This document shows positions 1 through 14,300 of a stretch of 64,000 nucleotides of DNA, one piece after another (the stretch's first letter is position 1; each line of letters starts with the position of its first letter). The notes under the pieces are model-generated. The model made no database searches. It saw nothing but the letters and a program-made list of their open reading frames with translations, and had not been told where the DNA came from. Source of the stretch: Mytilus edulis (lineage: Eukaryota); NCBI RefSeq assembly GCF_963676685.1, contig NC_092346.1, positions 44,392,001-44,456,000 of the forward strand, in the 5' to 3' direction. The position numbers and the translations under genes were made by a program.

Positions 1-686
1 TTCAAAAACTGGTTAAGGATTGTCCAGCTATCCACTGGACAAAATGCTATCAGGAGGACAACTCCCATAACCAGAGAACTCTTAATGATATTATTCAACC
101 TCTGTTTCAGAAAGTACATCACGATTCGCGAAAAGTCAGAAAATGGCATTTTCCATACATATACCTTTTTTTCTGAATACTAAACTATGAGCGTACCTAC
201 AGCCCACGATGATATATACCAGAAGTTCATTGAATATATATGTTGATGCAGTTCAAATATCTAAGTGTGACATAGGTACGCTCATAGTCAAACATTTTAA
301 AAACAGTAAACAAAAATTCATCCTACTCAGATCTACTCGTAGTTTTCATTGAATCATCGAAACTTTAAACGAACTGCAGACTGGAGAGGATTTCCGGTAT
401 TCACTGGGATCCGACGACAGACTTATATGATGCTAGATAATGGCTAGTTTCTTAAGGACTAGAATTAAACATATTTGAGACAGGAAAATATATAGATATA
501 AGAAGATGTGGTGTGAGTTCCAATGAGACAACTCTCCATCCAAATAACAATTTATAAAAGTAAACCATTATAGGTCAATGTACGGCTTTCAACACAGATC
601 ATTGGCTCACACCGAACAATAAGCTATAAAGGGCCCTAAATTAATAGTTTAAAGCCATTCAAACGGGAAAACCAACGGTATAATTT

Positions 687-836
687 GTATCTCGTAATTA
701 CGAGATAGTTTCCTGTAATTACGCGATACTTATCTTGTAATTACGCGATACTTATCTCGTAATAACGAGATAACAAACTGCTGATCTCGTAATGACGCGG
801 TAGTTTTCTCGTGATTACGCGATAATTATCTTGTAA
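687..836. repeat. Tandem array of ~22-bp self-complementary units (TATCTCGTAATTACGAGATA)
   Basis: About six degenerate copies, each a palindrome, abutting a truncated interspersed repeat at 493-686. Confidence 0.75.
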
Positions 837-2599
837 ATTTTAGTAATTTGAACAGTTATCCCACGAGTACTGGGTAGAAATACTACTATTTTAGATGAAA
901 ATTGCAGTTATACAAATTTAAGAACTATTTTAAATTAAGAAATATATCTCTCTTATGCATAGCTCTGATTCCTTATCCAAATTGACAATAAATTTTTGGT
1001 AAGTCTACCTTTCAGCATTTTCATTAGATTTTGAACATCCAAATATGTTGGCCTCAAGCATTACTTAAGCGACATATAGGAGCCGTTTTTGTTATACACA
1101 TGCCTTAGTAATTTATATTTACCATAAGGTTTACATTTTTCTGGTAATGATTTTATTTAATTTTGTATTGCTTTTTATATTTCTCTTAAAAGGTATAAAC
1201 TAACTGAAAAAAACCAATGAACAAGACTTTTTCCGATTAAATCAGTTCATATTACTGAAATTTACAAGTGCTGTCGTCAAACATCGCATTTTATTATTTG
1301 AGTGTTGATGCATATATCCTTTATATTAATCCTGATGAAATCAAACCGAACAAATGTTAATCATAATCATCTCTACCAGTTTTAATCATGTTTCTTTAAT
1401 GTCATTGAATGATGACACTAATGTATTGCCATATGGTAGTCAAACGCGTGATAAAATTATTGCTCTTATATGTAGTCGGAAATTAAGGGGCTTTTCTCAA
1501 AAGACAACACGCTTTCTTCATATTTTCTACGTTTGAACTGGCAGATTCATCGAAAGATTTCTCGATCAACTGTTTAGGTAAACTTTTCAACTAATAAGTC
1601 TTGAATGAAAAAAAATCATTTTACCCAAGCACGCAAGAAAGACAAATTTTGTGTTATAAAGATCTACGTAAATAGATATAAGAAGTAAAAGCAGTATTAA
1701 GACGGTATGTATGTCAGGTTATTTTATATTCCAAATGGAAGAAATATTCTGAAATAGTATTTCCAATAGAACAAACAGTATTGGTTCCTAACAAAATAAA
1801 GAGAATCGAATACGTATTCCAATAGAAACAGATCTTATGACATTGCCTTTAACAAATATTCAATGGAACTGCTGTTAGACGGAAATTTTACCAAAGTTAC
1901 CAAAATTCAAGGCAAATTCAAAAAGTCCATAAAACTGACAAATAAAAGAAACAAGTGAAAAATAACTGCCATATTCCTGACTAGGTACAGGCTCTATGAA
2001 TTCTAAATTATCTTCACTTATCTAATACTGTAGTTTTAAAAGGTTTCATTGTATTCGAATGTTTTAATGAATGTTCTTTTTGTATATACCTGTTCATGTG
2101 TAAATATATATGCATAACTGATTGGTTTTAAATTAATACTGACCAACCATTTAATATCTTTCATCACAAAATATTTTTTCTCTCTGCTTTTCAGATTGAT
2201 GACATAATGCTCAGGGATTTGTAAAAAAACATATTCAACTACTCTACTTGAATTTCATCATGTACTACTGCAATGAAACCGGATATCTGCTTCTGTCTTT
2301 TTACATGTAGCATACATCTTTAATGAGATGTAGCAGTTTATAACATGCAGTAAAATGGTTTAGATATTAGCTAAATATGGATTTATACTCTGACATTATT
2401 TACAGAAGTCTAGACACATTTGATCAGTTAATTGTGTTCAATATTTAGCAAATCTGCTTTGAGGATAAATATTTAGTATAAGGCCAAACACTTATTTAAA
2501 TCAAATAAAATATATACAACTAGGTGAGAGGAAAAATCATAAATCTGCATGACATTTTGAAAGACATACATATGATTTTAATGGGATTTCCCAACTTAA

Positions 2600-3293
2600 A
2601 GGGGCACTAGCTGTCAAATTCATGTTCACCGATTTTAATCAAATTACCATATTTGATTTATAACAATGTAAAACATTTATCCAAACTGTTATAAGTCTAA
2701 AAAAACAATAAACAGGGAACTGGCAGGAAAAAACGTAGCTTCGTTTAGAGTGTATTTTAGTATTGACACCATCTAATAAAATATCGAGTTGACCCTAAAG
2801 TCATCCGATGACCATATAAGCGATGCAAACATAAATATAGATATAAATCGATTAAGTAAACTCGTGCTGTTGGATTTTCATAGGTCTATATAATTTTATA
2901 TTATAGGTAAAAAATAAATGTTTATTATCGTTTTTACCATATAAGAAAGTTTTTTTTTGTGGATCGAATCAGTTAATCAAATGATTTACCTTTGTTTCAT
3001 TTTCAATGTTGACACTCTTTTCCTTTAACAACTTTACACATACAATTCACGTGTTATCCATCTGAAGCTAAGGGGTTAAATTGAGTTCACATGAATACGG
3101 ATTCAATGAGGTCGAATCATTCACTTGCAAGTGATTAATTCATACAAAAAAATATTTTTAGCTTATTTTGACAAATTTGAACTATACTGTCTGCTAAAAT
3201 CGAATTATTATTTCACTATTTGCAATTTAAATAAATGATTGAGCCAAAAAAATAATATATTAGATTTTTCATTATCTCGTAGCTAGTGCCCCT
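2600..3293. mobile_element. Non-autonomous DNA transposon, TTAA TSD (Kolobok-like)
   Basis: TTAA|AGGGGCACTAGCT ... AGCTAGTGCCCCT|TTAA: perfect 13-bp TIR, purine termini, no ORF. Confidence 0.85.
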
Positions 3294-4629
3294 TTAAAGT
3301 CGAAAATAAACTGACAATACCATAGCAAAAAAAGAAAAAATACCAAAGACAATTATGGAAAACTAAAGATCGAGTTACACGAACCTCTACCGATCACCGG
3401 TGGTGATTTCATGTGACCCGGAAGAAAGGAAGATCCGACTCCATGTGTAACATATGAATTTATAATTATAGCGGGTATAATTTGTATCTGTGATAAAGAA
3501 GTAAAACATCGGAGGAACTTAAAACGTGTCAACACATGGAATGGCATAAAACAGGTAGAGTCATACATAGGACCCATTGACGTATAGTGTTAATGAGAAA
3601 TGTACGACAGAAATGCGTTTGTCTAATAATTTGTCACGTAGATATCTCCCAATTGACTGTAAAAAAAAACGTGCTTAAGAGAGTCATTAAAATTTTGTTT
3701 GACTTTGCAATAATTTTAAATACACAGCTTGGATATGGTCTTGTTATTATATTTATGTAGACAGTATTATCAAAATTTACGCTACCTTATTTTGATGCGC
3801 TGCTTTTGATTAATAAGGGACGAAAGTTATTCAACCGACCTTATAAATTCATCAAAAAGATACAAATAAAGGTCATCACCAGAATGTGATAGAATCGCAT
3901 TCGCTCCAAAATGAGCGAAACTGTATTTGTCGTCAGCAGAAGCTTTGCCTGCTTTGCAGCAGTCAATCAAATTGGCATAACATAAACAGGAAATTAAACA
4001 TTTGGTAAATTTACAGATTAGACGACTTTTCAGTTATTCAAAGATTTTTAAGACCGCTAAAACGTGTCGCTAGTGATGGTAGACACAGAGACATTATATT
4101 TGTAAAATAAAATGCTAACCTAAAGCAGGAATTGGCATACGTAATTTGTCAACAGGAAGGAATAATAAACACAATGCCAATGGGCTATGCGATACAAACT
4201 TAAAATGGTTGAAATATTCATGATGTTCTACCCGAGGATTATATTATTCTAACTGTATCTGACCAATATTTGGTCCTCGATGTTCTTCTCCTCAGTACTT
4301 CATTTTGGCTTTTAACAATTCGTTTAATTCTAGTGACACTGATGACTTTTTTGTCCGGCGTGCAAATTAAAAGTCTAGAATCTTTGATGAGGTTTTTTTC
4401 AAACGTCCGAAGCGATTTTCTGGATTTACCTTCATCATGAACCTTAAGACTAATAATAATAAATCATGGAAGATAATTACATAATCACGTCAGGAGCTTA
4501 GACCTTAGTTTCTAAATAATGTTTAACTCATCAACGGGAATGGTGAAAATAATATCAGTACCGAACCACTGACTACTGAGCTGATTATACATTTAGATAA
4601 CTTTCGTCGTATAAATGAAATTGCGTAGG

Positions 4630-4960
4630 AAAGAGTAAATCGCAACAATACTGAACTCCGAAGAAAATTCATAAACAGAAAGTTCCTAATAAAATGGCAA
4701 CATCACAAGCTCAAACACATCAAACGAATGGAAAACAACTGTCATATTCCTGACTTTGTAGAGGCATTTCCTAATGAATGAAATGGTGGATTAAACATGG
4801 TTTTATAGCTGGCAGAATCTCTCACTTGTATGACAGTTGCTTGAAATTCTATTATATTTACAACGTTGTGTGAAAAAAAACCCCAGACATAGTAGGTAAA
4901 AATATCAAATGTTCAGCCGTCAACATTGTGTTATCATCTTAATCACTATAAAGACAACAA
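4630..4960 (+). repeat. Second interspersed repeat family
   Basis: aatactgaactccgaagaaaattca...aaatggcaa...ctcaaacacatcaaacgaatgga recurs at about 28250-28435, 42611-42715 and 25195, and reversed at about 9000-9270. Confidence 0.65.
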
Positions 4961-5424
4961 ATAATCAATCCTTTTCTATTTTATACAAAATCAATAAAGG
5001 GTCATTAATTTCAGGACCTTAATTTCTTCTAATAAATGGTGTTACAGAGAAAGTTTAGTCAGACAAATATATTACAACTTGAAATAGACTTTTAATTAAA
5101 TATACCATGTTCGGTGGTCGTAAGGTAATGGATTAATGACAGGTTTATTAAATAGTTTACTTGTATATAACTTAGGTTAATTGAATGTCTGCCTTTCAAA
5201 CATATTACAGTAAGTAATAACGATGTGTATTTGATGAATTCAATAGCTTAAGCTTGATATATAGTATATAATTACAGTAGTAATTGTATTATGCACCGCA
5301 ATTCGTTTTACAGTTCTCAGCGCACTGTCCCGTTTTTGTAGTGGAAGGGAATGGATGGAAGATACTGCTGAGTATACATCAATAAGAAGACTTAGTTTCA
5401 AAAATATGGTTATAAGATACTTAA

Positions 5425-5990
5425 GGGCATACGATACAGTTTTGATCCCGTATTTACAGTTTGATAAAAATTTCCATATAGACTATTTTTTATCTGATTA
5501 AATGAAATATATAATAAAAAATATACCTTCATTTGCTACTTTTTGAGAAAATTGAGGTTCAAATTTCAGATATTTCCTCAAATTACGGATTTGTGGACGT
5601 ATTTTTCCTTTCGATAGAAATACATAACTTTTTTTGATTTAAAAGATAAACACGATCTGTTTGTTTTTAAATTATTTGTAATTTATGTGTTATATAAATA
5701 TTGTATAAATTTGTACATTTTCTTTTTACAAATAACTCAAATTTATCAAATGTTCATGAATGTAGGGAAAAAAAGTATTTTTTTGCTGTATATTAATCAA
5801 ATTAGAAGAAATTGCACTCTTTACGTTTTCATGAAAATTGGTACACATAATCTTCTTACGTAATCCAACCAAATGTCATTTTAAAGAAGAGGGGTCCATG
5901 AACTCTATTTCAAGTTAACTGCATCTTTTCCCGATAAGTCACCGTTTGACGTCGCGAAAATAACCTCCCCTGTAACTGTATCGTATGCCC
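5425..5990. mobile_element. Non-autonomous DNA transposon, TTAA TSD (Kolobok-like)
   Basis: TTAA|GGGCATACGATACAGTT ... AACTGTATCGTATGCCC|TTAA: perfect 17-bp TIR. Confidence 0.88.
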
Positions 5991-7099
5991 TTAATTGCAT
6001 AAGATAACTATATGAACAGTCGAATGCAGAGCAGAACAATAACCTGTATTTTTACTGCACTCGTTTTAGGCATTGATGTGCATAAAATTCCACATAGGAT
6101 AGATTATAATATTAATTATCTATGTAGAGTATTGATTTATTTGTTGACAAAAATTATGTATCTAACTGACTGTATCTACAAGTCGATCAAAATTCACCGC
6201 ATTGTATGCGTTTTTACTCTTAAGACACTATATACGAGAAATTATCTATTACAGTTTCCAGTGAGATAGCAAACTGTCACATAGATATGTTTTATTTGTC
6301 AGTATGAAAGTTGTCAAAGTGATTAGGTCCAATCAATGGTGTAATTATACAATTCATATGTAAATCAGTTTTTTATATGATATGGGTAATTTTAGCTTTA
6401 TTTATAACATTGCCACAAAAGTGGGAGGTTTAGCTAACCATGGAACCATGTTCAAACTACAAAGTCAGTAATATGACAGTTTTGATCACAATGTCCATTT
6501 GTATGTATATTTGCGTTTGTTTTTGTTGTAATTCAATGTTTCTGTTGTTCCGTTGCTTTTATCTTATATTTGATGTGTTTTCTTCGATTTTAGTTTTATG
6601 ACCCGGAATTGTTTTTGCTTCAACGAACTATGACTATTGAACAGTGGTATACTGCTGATGACTTTATTTAATAATAATCAATTGCAGTATAACATAAAGA
6701 GATGTTATTGAGTAATGGAATATTGAATCATTTTAGGACGTAGAAAAAAACTAACACTACAGCAAAACCAAAATCCTCATTGAATAATTGGCGATGAATT
6801 GTTGACTCTGAACAAGCGTTTTTCTATGAGGTTTCAATCATACAACAATGTATACAGAATAATCTTTTAGAAATTAGTTTGGAACGATTGATCTTAACTA
6901 CGACCCTTAATCTTATTTGCAAAGATTGTTACCATTTTGTCTCCCAAATGACTCTAATATTTCAACGACTACCAACTAATTTGAAAATTTAACAATGCAA
7001 ATATCAAAGCACAAAAGTAAACAAATATAAATGATAAGGATTTGTATTTCAATAGAACAAATTAATCCTAAAGCTAAGAACAAAAACTTTAAACACAGA

Positions 7100-8570
7100 A
7101 ACGATAAGTAAATTCCTTCAGTAGCATCAGAACGCATTTGAATCAACCAATGACGTTTCTGATTCCGTACCACAAGTTTGATCCATACAGAATATTTGTA
7201 ACATTATTCAACCAATGCTTTCTTTCAAATAAAACTGCTAGTTGTAAAATAATTTGTGCTAAAAGGTATAGAACGGGTTGATAAATGAGATCTCAGATAA
7301 TCCCACATACAAAAACTAATTCTTTGACAAGGATGAAATTTTGGCGAAAAGTCAAACATGGGTTCAATGAATATTACATTGAACAGCAAATCAAAGGACT
7401 GACTTTGTTTGTATTGAATACCTAAGCTGCACAATAGTCCGTACAAACAAACGGTACATTGTCGGTTTAGCTACATGTTCGACGAAAGACTTTCCAATTA
7501 GATTAACTAAAATATCTTTACTGGAGTGAAAGAGGGTCTTCAGAATTACTGTGAAACTGTTTAATCGCGAAGTGGTATTAACCAAATATAGATTGAAAAA
7601 AACTCTAAAGAACTTCGGGATAATTTTGAATCTGGAACTTTCTCTGAAATTAGTTCTATCAAAACGTTTGATTTTTCAACTCTGCATTTCACTGTTTCCC
7701 TATTGAAATTGACAATTCACCAAAATGAAATAATCCACAATGCTTTGCAACATACAAATGGTAGTATACGCTATAAAATATATTACTTTGGAATATTATC
7801 CGGCATATTTTGTTAAAATGAACAAAATGGTAAAACATTCTACATTGAAGAACAAGTGATCAGTATGCTTGAGTTTCTAATTGATAACATATTTGTTGAA
7901 TTTGGAGGTAGACTTTTTTAACAAATTGTCGGTATTTCTATGGGAATGACCTGTGCGCCTCTTCTTGTCGACCTCTTTTAATATTCATATGAGTCGGAAT
8001 TCCTTCAAACACCTGAACTAACTAGTTTCAGAACTATAAATTGAAGAAACAACAAATACAGCTTACTCTGGTTCATTTTTAGACTTATATCTCGAATTTG
8101 ACATAAGTGGCAATCATAGTACCAGACACATTTCAATTTTGAAATTATGAATTGCCCCAACCATAGCAGCAATATACCAACTTCACCTGCAGATGGGATA
8201 TACGTTTCCCAACTAATTCAGTATAAAAGAGCTTGAAGTTTCTACTCAGACTTTGTGAAAGAGGGGTGAAGGATACCAGAGGGACAGTCAAGCTCATAAA
8301 TCGAAAATAAATTACCAACGCCAACGCTAAAGAAAAAGACAAACAGACAAATAATAGTACACAAGACACAACATAGAAAACTAAAAACTAAGCTTCACGA
8401 ACTTCACCAAAAACTGGTGGTGGATCTTTGCAAAAGTCAACAGTGTCTGATCAGAAAGTTGATGAACCAGTGTTGTCAAAGAACATTTCGTCCTTTTTCT
8501 AAAACAAAAGATCGTCGGGAAATACCTTGCTGATAAATATTTCGTATAAACTTCACAAATCACGATGGTC
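7100..8570 (+). pseudogene. Decayed Penelope-like retroelement reverse transcriptase
   Basis: Frame-broken motifs Y*IPKLHNSPYK (~7412), KNSKEL, SIKTFDFSTL (~7655), MLEFLIDNIFVEFGGR, QIVGISMGMTCAPLLVDLF*YSYESEF (~7922) and SNIPTSPA.GIYVSQLI (~8167). Many stops and frameshifts, and a nested repeat at about 8260-8425. Ends are approximate. Confidence 0.85.
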
Positions 8571-11336
8571 TTGAAGTATAGATTCTAGGTGCTGACGTTA
8601 TTTGTCATCTAAAATACGTGTTATAGTGTTCATTCATTTGCCTTGTAAATTGTTACTCTTTCTGTTTAGTCTATTTTTGGTTGAATCCATTTAACAAGGC
8701 TCAGCACTTATACAGCCTGTTGTTGTGTTGTTGTGTATTGGTAAATTATTGTAGTCTTGTCATTTGTTTTTGCGATTATGCTTTGTCTATAAGCCTTTTT
8801 GCATTTCTTTGTTGACATATTTGATCGTTTTATAGTTATTGATATTATAACTAAATGTAGACTGCCTTTACCTTAATTTTGACATTTTTACCTATTATGT
8901 TTTTGTATTTTGTTCACACATTGTTGTCAATATAATAGGATTTTATGCACAGGGTTGAAGAAGTGATAGGTTTAGCTATCTATGCAACCAGGCTTAATCC
9001 AACCTTTTCTACATAAGAAAATTCCTGTATCAAATCAGGACGATTACAGTTGTTTTCCATTTGTTTGATATCTTTGACTGTTTGTCCATGTCATTTTACT
9101 AAGAGACTTTCCGATTCGACTTTTCCTTGGAGCTCAATATTTTTTATACTTACCTTTTTTTCACTTTATATTCGTTCAAATATGTTTGAACTTCTGATTT
9201 TGCCATTTGATTAGGGACCTTCCATTTTGAATTTTTCTCAGAGTTCATTATGGTTGGTATTTTACTTTTTTCTTATTTTGAATGTAAATAACTCGTCAAA
9301 AATTCTATGAATATAGTTTGTTTCGCCAGACGTGCGTTTCGTTTACATGAGGCATATCAGTGTCGCTCGAATCAATATTTGAAAACAAATACAAAGTTGA
9401 AGACCGTTAATAACCGCAAATTCCAAAATGCTGTGTCAAATACGGCTGAAGCAATCTATTCGTGGTGGGAGAAAGCCTGAGTATTTTAAATATTTCAACA
9501 TTTAACATTAAATTTACAGAAAATGACCACAACCATGGTAAACGAAGGACAACTCTAATGCAATTTACAAGAGCGCAATTTTTTTTTTACATTTTACAGG
9601 ATGGTACTCAGAATAGAAGCTTTTATACCTTCTGATTAGATGATATATGATTGAAATTACTTTTCATCGAAAGCTTTATCAATTAGGTTTTTAAAATACA
9701 GAGTCAATTTCATATTTTACCGAGTATAGAAAATATATTCAATTTAAGCTCGTCGGAACCAAGACAAATTTTCATTTATCATTAATCGAAAAAAAAAGGT
9801 CAACTTTTGCCTCTTGACCATATACATTTTTTGACTGTAATGACACGCTGACATGTCTACAAACAGGAACTGATACCCAATGTTTTCTAGTTTGTGTGAA
9901 GACTCCGGGAAAGATAAGATGGAATACCACTGATGCTCTATTGAAAATGCATTATGAATAAATGAACTCCTGTAGCACTGGAGCACTGGAGAACTCGCAA
10001 TGAATGGATATAAGATGCAGGTGATGTATATACTTTATGAATACATAGAAAGTGTTATTAACTACCTACTGTAAAATTGAGAAATGAAATGGGGAATGCG
10101 TCAAAGCGACAACAACCCGACCATAGAACAGACAACAGCCGAAGGCCACCAATGGGTCTTCAATATAGCGAGAAACCCCCTCACCCGGAGGCGTCCTTCA
10201 GCTGGCCCCTTAAAAAATATGTATAGTAGTTCAGTGATAATGGACGTGTATACGTTATATATGTTTATGACTTTGTATTGACAATACGATAATGTACATA
10301 TAGAACTTTGTATACGATAATTTATACATAGGTTTGTGTATACGATATGTATACATAAGTTTAATTCTGAACTATTAAAAGTCATATGAAACCTCAAATA
10401 AAAAAAAATGATGCATATGTTTTTTATGACTAAATGGATGGTTTTCATTATAAAATTTATGTACATATACTTTTTTAAGAAAATTCTTTAATTTGTCCAC
10501 ATTTAGAAGAAGTTTATTTCTTTTAATTGCTTGCTTCCAGGAAGCAATTCTCCGACATACATTCCGTATGCAAGTAATCTAAGCGTGACACCTCTCGTAA
10601 AATCCGGTGATCGCAATACGCATGGATCTGTCTTTAAATAAATTATTATCTGATTATACATGTTATACACGTGCTCAATATCCATGCATCTTTGTTGATT
10701 GTTTACTATAAGGTGACAATCGATAAACTACGGCTTCAAAACACAGCAATTAATGAGCAGCCATATTTGTTAGATCATAACAGACTGACTCTCAAAAACA
10801 AATGACGATTATACTATATTTTGGCGTAAGAAATGAAAAAATCGTGCACAGAAGACTTAAGTTTATGATATATACATGCATTGGTTAAAAAATTGGATAA
10901 ACTTTATTTTTCACCGGTCACTCGTTTCATTTGACTTTAACCCGAAATTGTCAATGATATTGTCAAAATACAAAATAGCCAGATATCAGTGTACATACTT
11001 CCCATGGTTTTTGCACACAAACTAATTTGGAATGCACTATAAAAAAAATTGAAACGTTTTCTTCAGTAGAAAATGCATATCATGATGTCGTTCATGTGGT
11101 TTTTTTTTATACTTGTAAATTGTTTTACAGAGGTTTTAATTGGTTTTGTATGCAGGTCTCATACTTGTAAAGATAATAATCAAACTCCCCTTCAGTTCCA
11201 GCTCCGATCCGCATACGGGTCCTCATACGATTCTACCCTAATCACATTGTTCGAGTAAAGGAAAATAGTTCCAGAACGGAAACGATCACTGTACGGAGTT
11301 TGGATATAATGTTACACATTTTATTAAAATTAGCAA

Positions 11337-14300
11337 CTAACATGAAAATGACCGGATTAGTCCTGGTTTAAAAAATGGAAGCATTTTTTTCCTGAAATTT
11401 TCATCATCATATTTCACAGGCTTTATTGCCCGAAACTCAGTTGGCAGTTTGTCATCTTTTGTCATTAATACCGGAATGACCCTACCACGTTTGTTTTCAT
11501 CTTCTAAAGACATGACGAGGCAGGTGTTGGCTATGTATTGAAATATTTTTGACTCGTGGTAGTATTGAGATAGTAGAACAAAAATATAATGTCTTGTGAA
11601 ATACGGGTTCACATCAAGCAGCATTTCCCCTGGTTTTGATACTTCATCTTGAAGTTCTATTTTCACCTCAGGTATTGTATTATTAAATTTTTTCAAAAAG
11701 GATCCAGCTTTGTGAGAGTCTTCTGGAAACTCAGAGTGGAGGACAACAGCAGTTCCGTAGCAAATTTCATGATCTTTAAATAAAAATAAAATATTAACTA
11801 ATACAATAGAAAATAATATATGTATGTCAAATTGCTGATGATTTACTAACACTCTCATACGTATATTAGAAAGAGAGTTCTTAAAATTATCGTTACTTGA
11901 TCTGGAGTTTAAGTTATGTATATTGATAGCATAAAGTGATTTAATTAGTAGCTTGAAACAGTAGTATACGATTGGGGTCTTTACTTTTTTTCGTACCTCA
12001 AATGTGTAATGATTAGTCATCACAATGCACTGACTTATTCGACCAACGAAAATATCAAACGTAATTTTTTCTATTATTTTTTTTTTAATTTCTTTTAACA
12101 CGAAGGTTATAAGTAATTAAATAAAAATAGAATTTAAACTAGTTTTTTCTGAATAAAGTTTTAAATGGGCAAAGATATATTTCATCTGGTAAACTCATAC
12201 CAGATTTGTCGTCTGTTAACTCCTTATTCAGCTCTTTGACGTCTAACCTCCAGTCTACACCCAGCTCGCTTAAGCTATCTTTTATTTTTGTTCTCTTTTT
12301 CCTTTTCCTAAATTCATGTTAAAGAAGTTACTTTATATTAATCATAATAAGATATAATGCAAAACTGTATACTAGTATATGATTTTATAGCATTAATTAT
12401 TTAAATATGCAAATTTTGAAATGATGTAGAGAAACTTTACCATTGAGAAAGCGTTAATTATCAAAGATTTTTTTTTAAAGCGTAAATGTAGTTTTATCAA
12501 GCAGATTAACTGTATTTGTGTTTAAATCAATCAAAGTTCTAACGTTCATTTTATTAAATAAATAAATGCCTTTTCGAAATTTATAGATGATGAAAAAACT
12601 TCATTACAGTGAAAAAGATCAATGATACAATAGATAAATGTAACTTGACTAAATGCACCATACCTGTTTCTCAACAATGAACAAACGAAGTCAAACAGTG
12701 TCCCTTCTTTGGATGGCAACCCTGATAATCTTCTAGCCATCAAGGTTACTTCTTTGATTACTTCACATGATTTTCGTTTAGAGTATCGTCTGTGTAGGTA
12801 CTGTTTCTTTGAGTTTTTCGGAACAGCAACAGCAATATTCCAGCTTGAAAATGATTCCTTGGAAGGAAGAGAATATTCTGCATGCCGTTCTGTTTTAGAA
12901 TATCTTTTTCTTTGTTTTTGGCGAAATGTTTTCTTTTGTTCTGATGCTGGTTTTTGTAAATCTACTTTATGGGTTTTAAACATATATTTCGGGTTATCCT
13001 GTCCTTCAGGTGTATGTGGTATTGCTAGTGAGTCTTGTATATGATCTTTGATCGAATTTTGAATCAGGTGTTCTTGGTCTTTGTTTATCGTTGATGACTG
13101 ACTCTGTGTCTGACTTTGACAGGCCCCAATCTCGTCGACTGAAAGCTTCTTAACTGTGTCGACCAACGGACTTCGGCTACGCGAGACGCTTTTATTTCCA
13201 GTTCCAACGCAAGAGGAACATGCCTGATCCAATTTACATTTTTCGTTTCCACTTCTGAGATGAACAACCAACTGATCAGGTTTATCGAGACTTCTTCTAT
13301 TGCAAAACCCAGTTTTCGTGGTCGCAAAAAGTGCTGAATGATCGAATGTTCCTATTTCACTTGGACATTTCCTGATACCTTGATCATTGCACACCTCTGA
13401 TTGCTCAAGGTGAAGTTTAGATCTAAAATTATAATCGTTGGATTTGTTATTTCGTACAAATGGATGTATGAAAACTATTTTGTAATTTTATGCAGAATAT
13501 ATAGTCGAAATGACGGTGATGCATAGTGAAAGCTAAACAATTGTTTGTATGCTTTATGAAATCTCTTCAGCAATAGGTCTTGTCAAAAAGAAATAACAGT
13601 ACTACTACAGTTTTTTAAACGTCCTTGTGTGACAATTAGCATCGTTTTAAAACCATTAAAAGATAAATATACAATACAATTAGGCTTTCAATATCGTATA
13701 ACATTATGTAAATGTTTTTGTGAACTGAGTGTTTTCTTCAACTCCATAATGTTTATACTTGTTTGATTAAGAATAATTTCCCTTGGTTTTAGGATGAGGC
13801 AGCTCTTAACATTTTCCTATGTTTCTTAATCTGATACGCGTATTGTACTTTCAACAATGAGCGAGTGCCATTACTTGTGATCTAAAAAAAGTATGTTCTT
13901 TGTTGTTAATTCTGGAAAACAAAATCTCACCTAAAAGGAAGAGGATGTTTAAAAGTCTTTAGTCTCTCACAACATTCTTTTTCATCAGTTTTTCTCGCTA
14001 CCTCTGTTTTGTCTAAAACAGGATCCCTTCTAGTCTATAAAAAATAAAAACCAGTAATAGAATAAGGAATTGGAAATCACCTGTTGTTTTGTTGATAATT
14101 CTACCTTTGATTGTGTATAGTTTCATGGACTTCAATCTTTTTGAATTTACTTTTCATGTGTATATACTCAGTTTTTTTTCATACTTATACACTTTGAACA
14201 CTTTATATTCGGAAAATAATAGGTATTTTAATGAAAAGATTGTGTCGCTGGGAGTTTTTCTCAATGTTGTTGAAAGAGTAAAAAAATATATAAAGGAACA

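Noticed and set aside
1-480. Possible coding exons at the window start (and a short terminal-exon-like piece at ~2196-2225)
   Set aside because: No recognisable homology or consistent splice chain; the region includes an inverted repeat (184-199/273-288) suggesting transposon origin.
687-836. CRISPR-like palindromic repeats
   Set aside because: No unique spacers, no cas genes, and a eukaryotic context.
9744-10685. Short ORFs of 60-121 aa
   Set aside because: They overlap interspersed repeats, a degenerate minisatellite and a tiny RT-thumb remnant (LAYGMYVGEL); there is no gene structure.
11774-12101. Hydrophobic N-terminal half of the 254-aa ORF, suggesting a transmembrane TIR receptor
   Set aside because: It is AT-rich intron read-through; the acceptor at 11774 joins in phase to exon 12307-12201.
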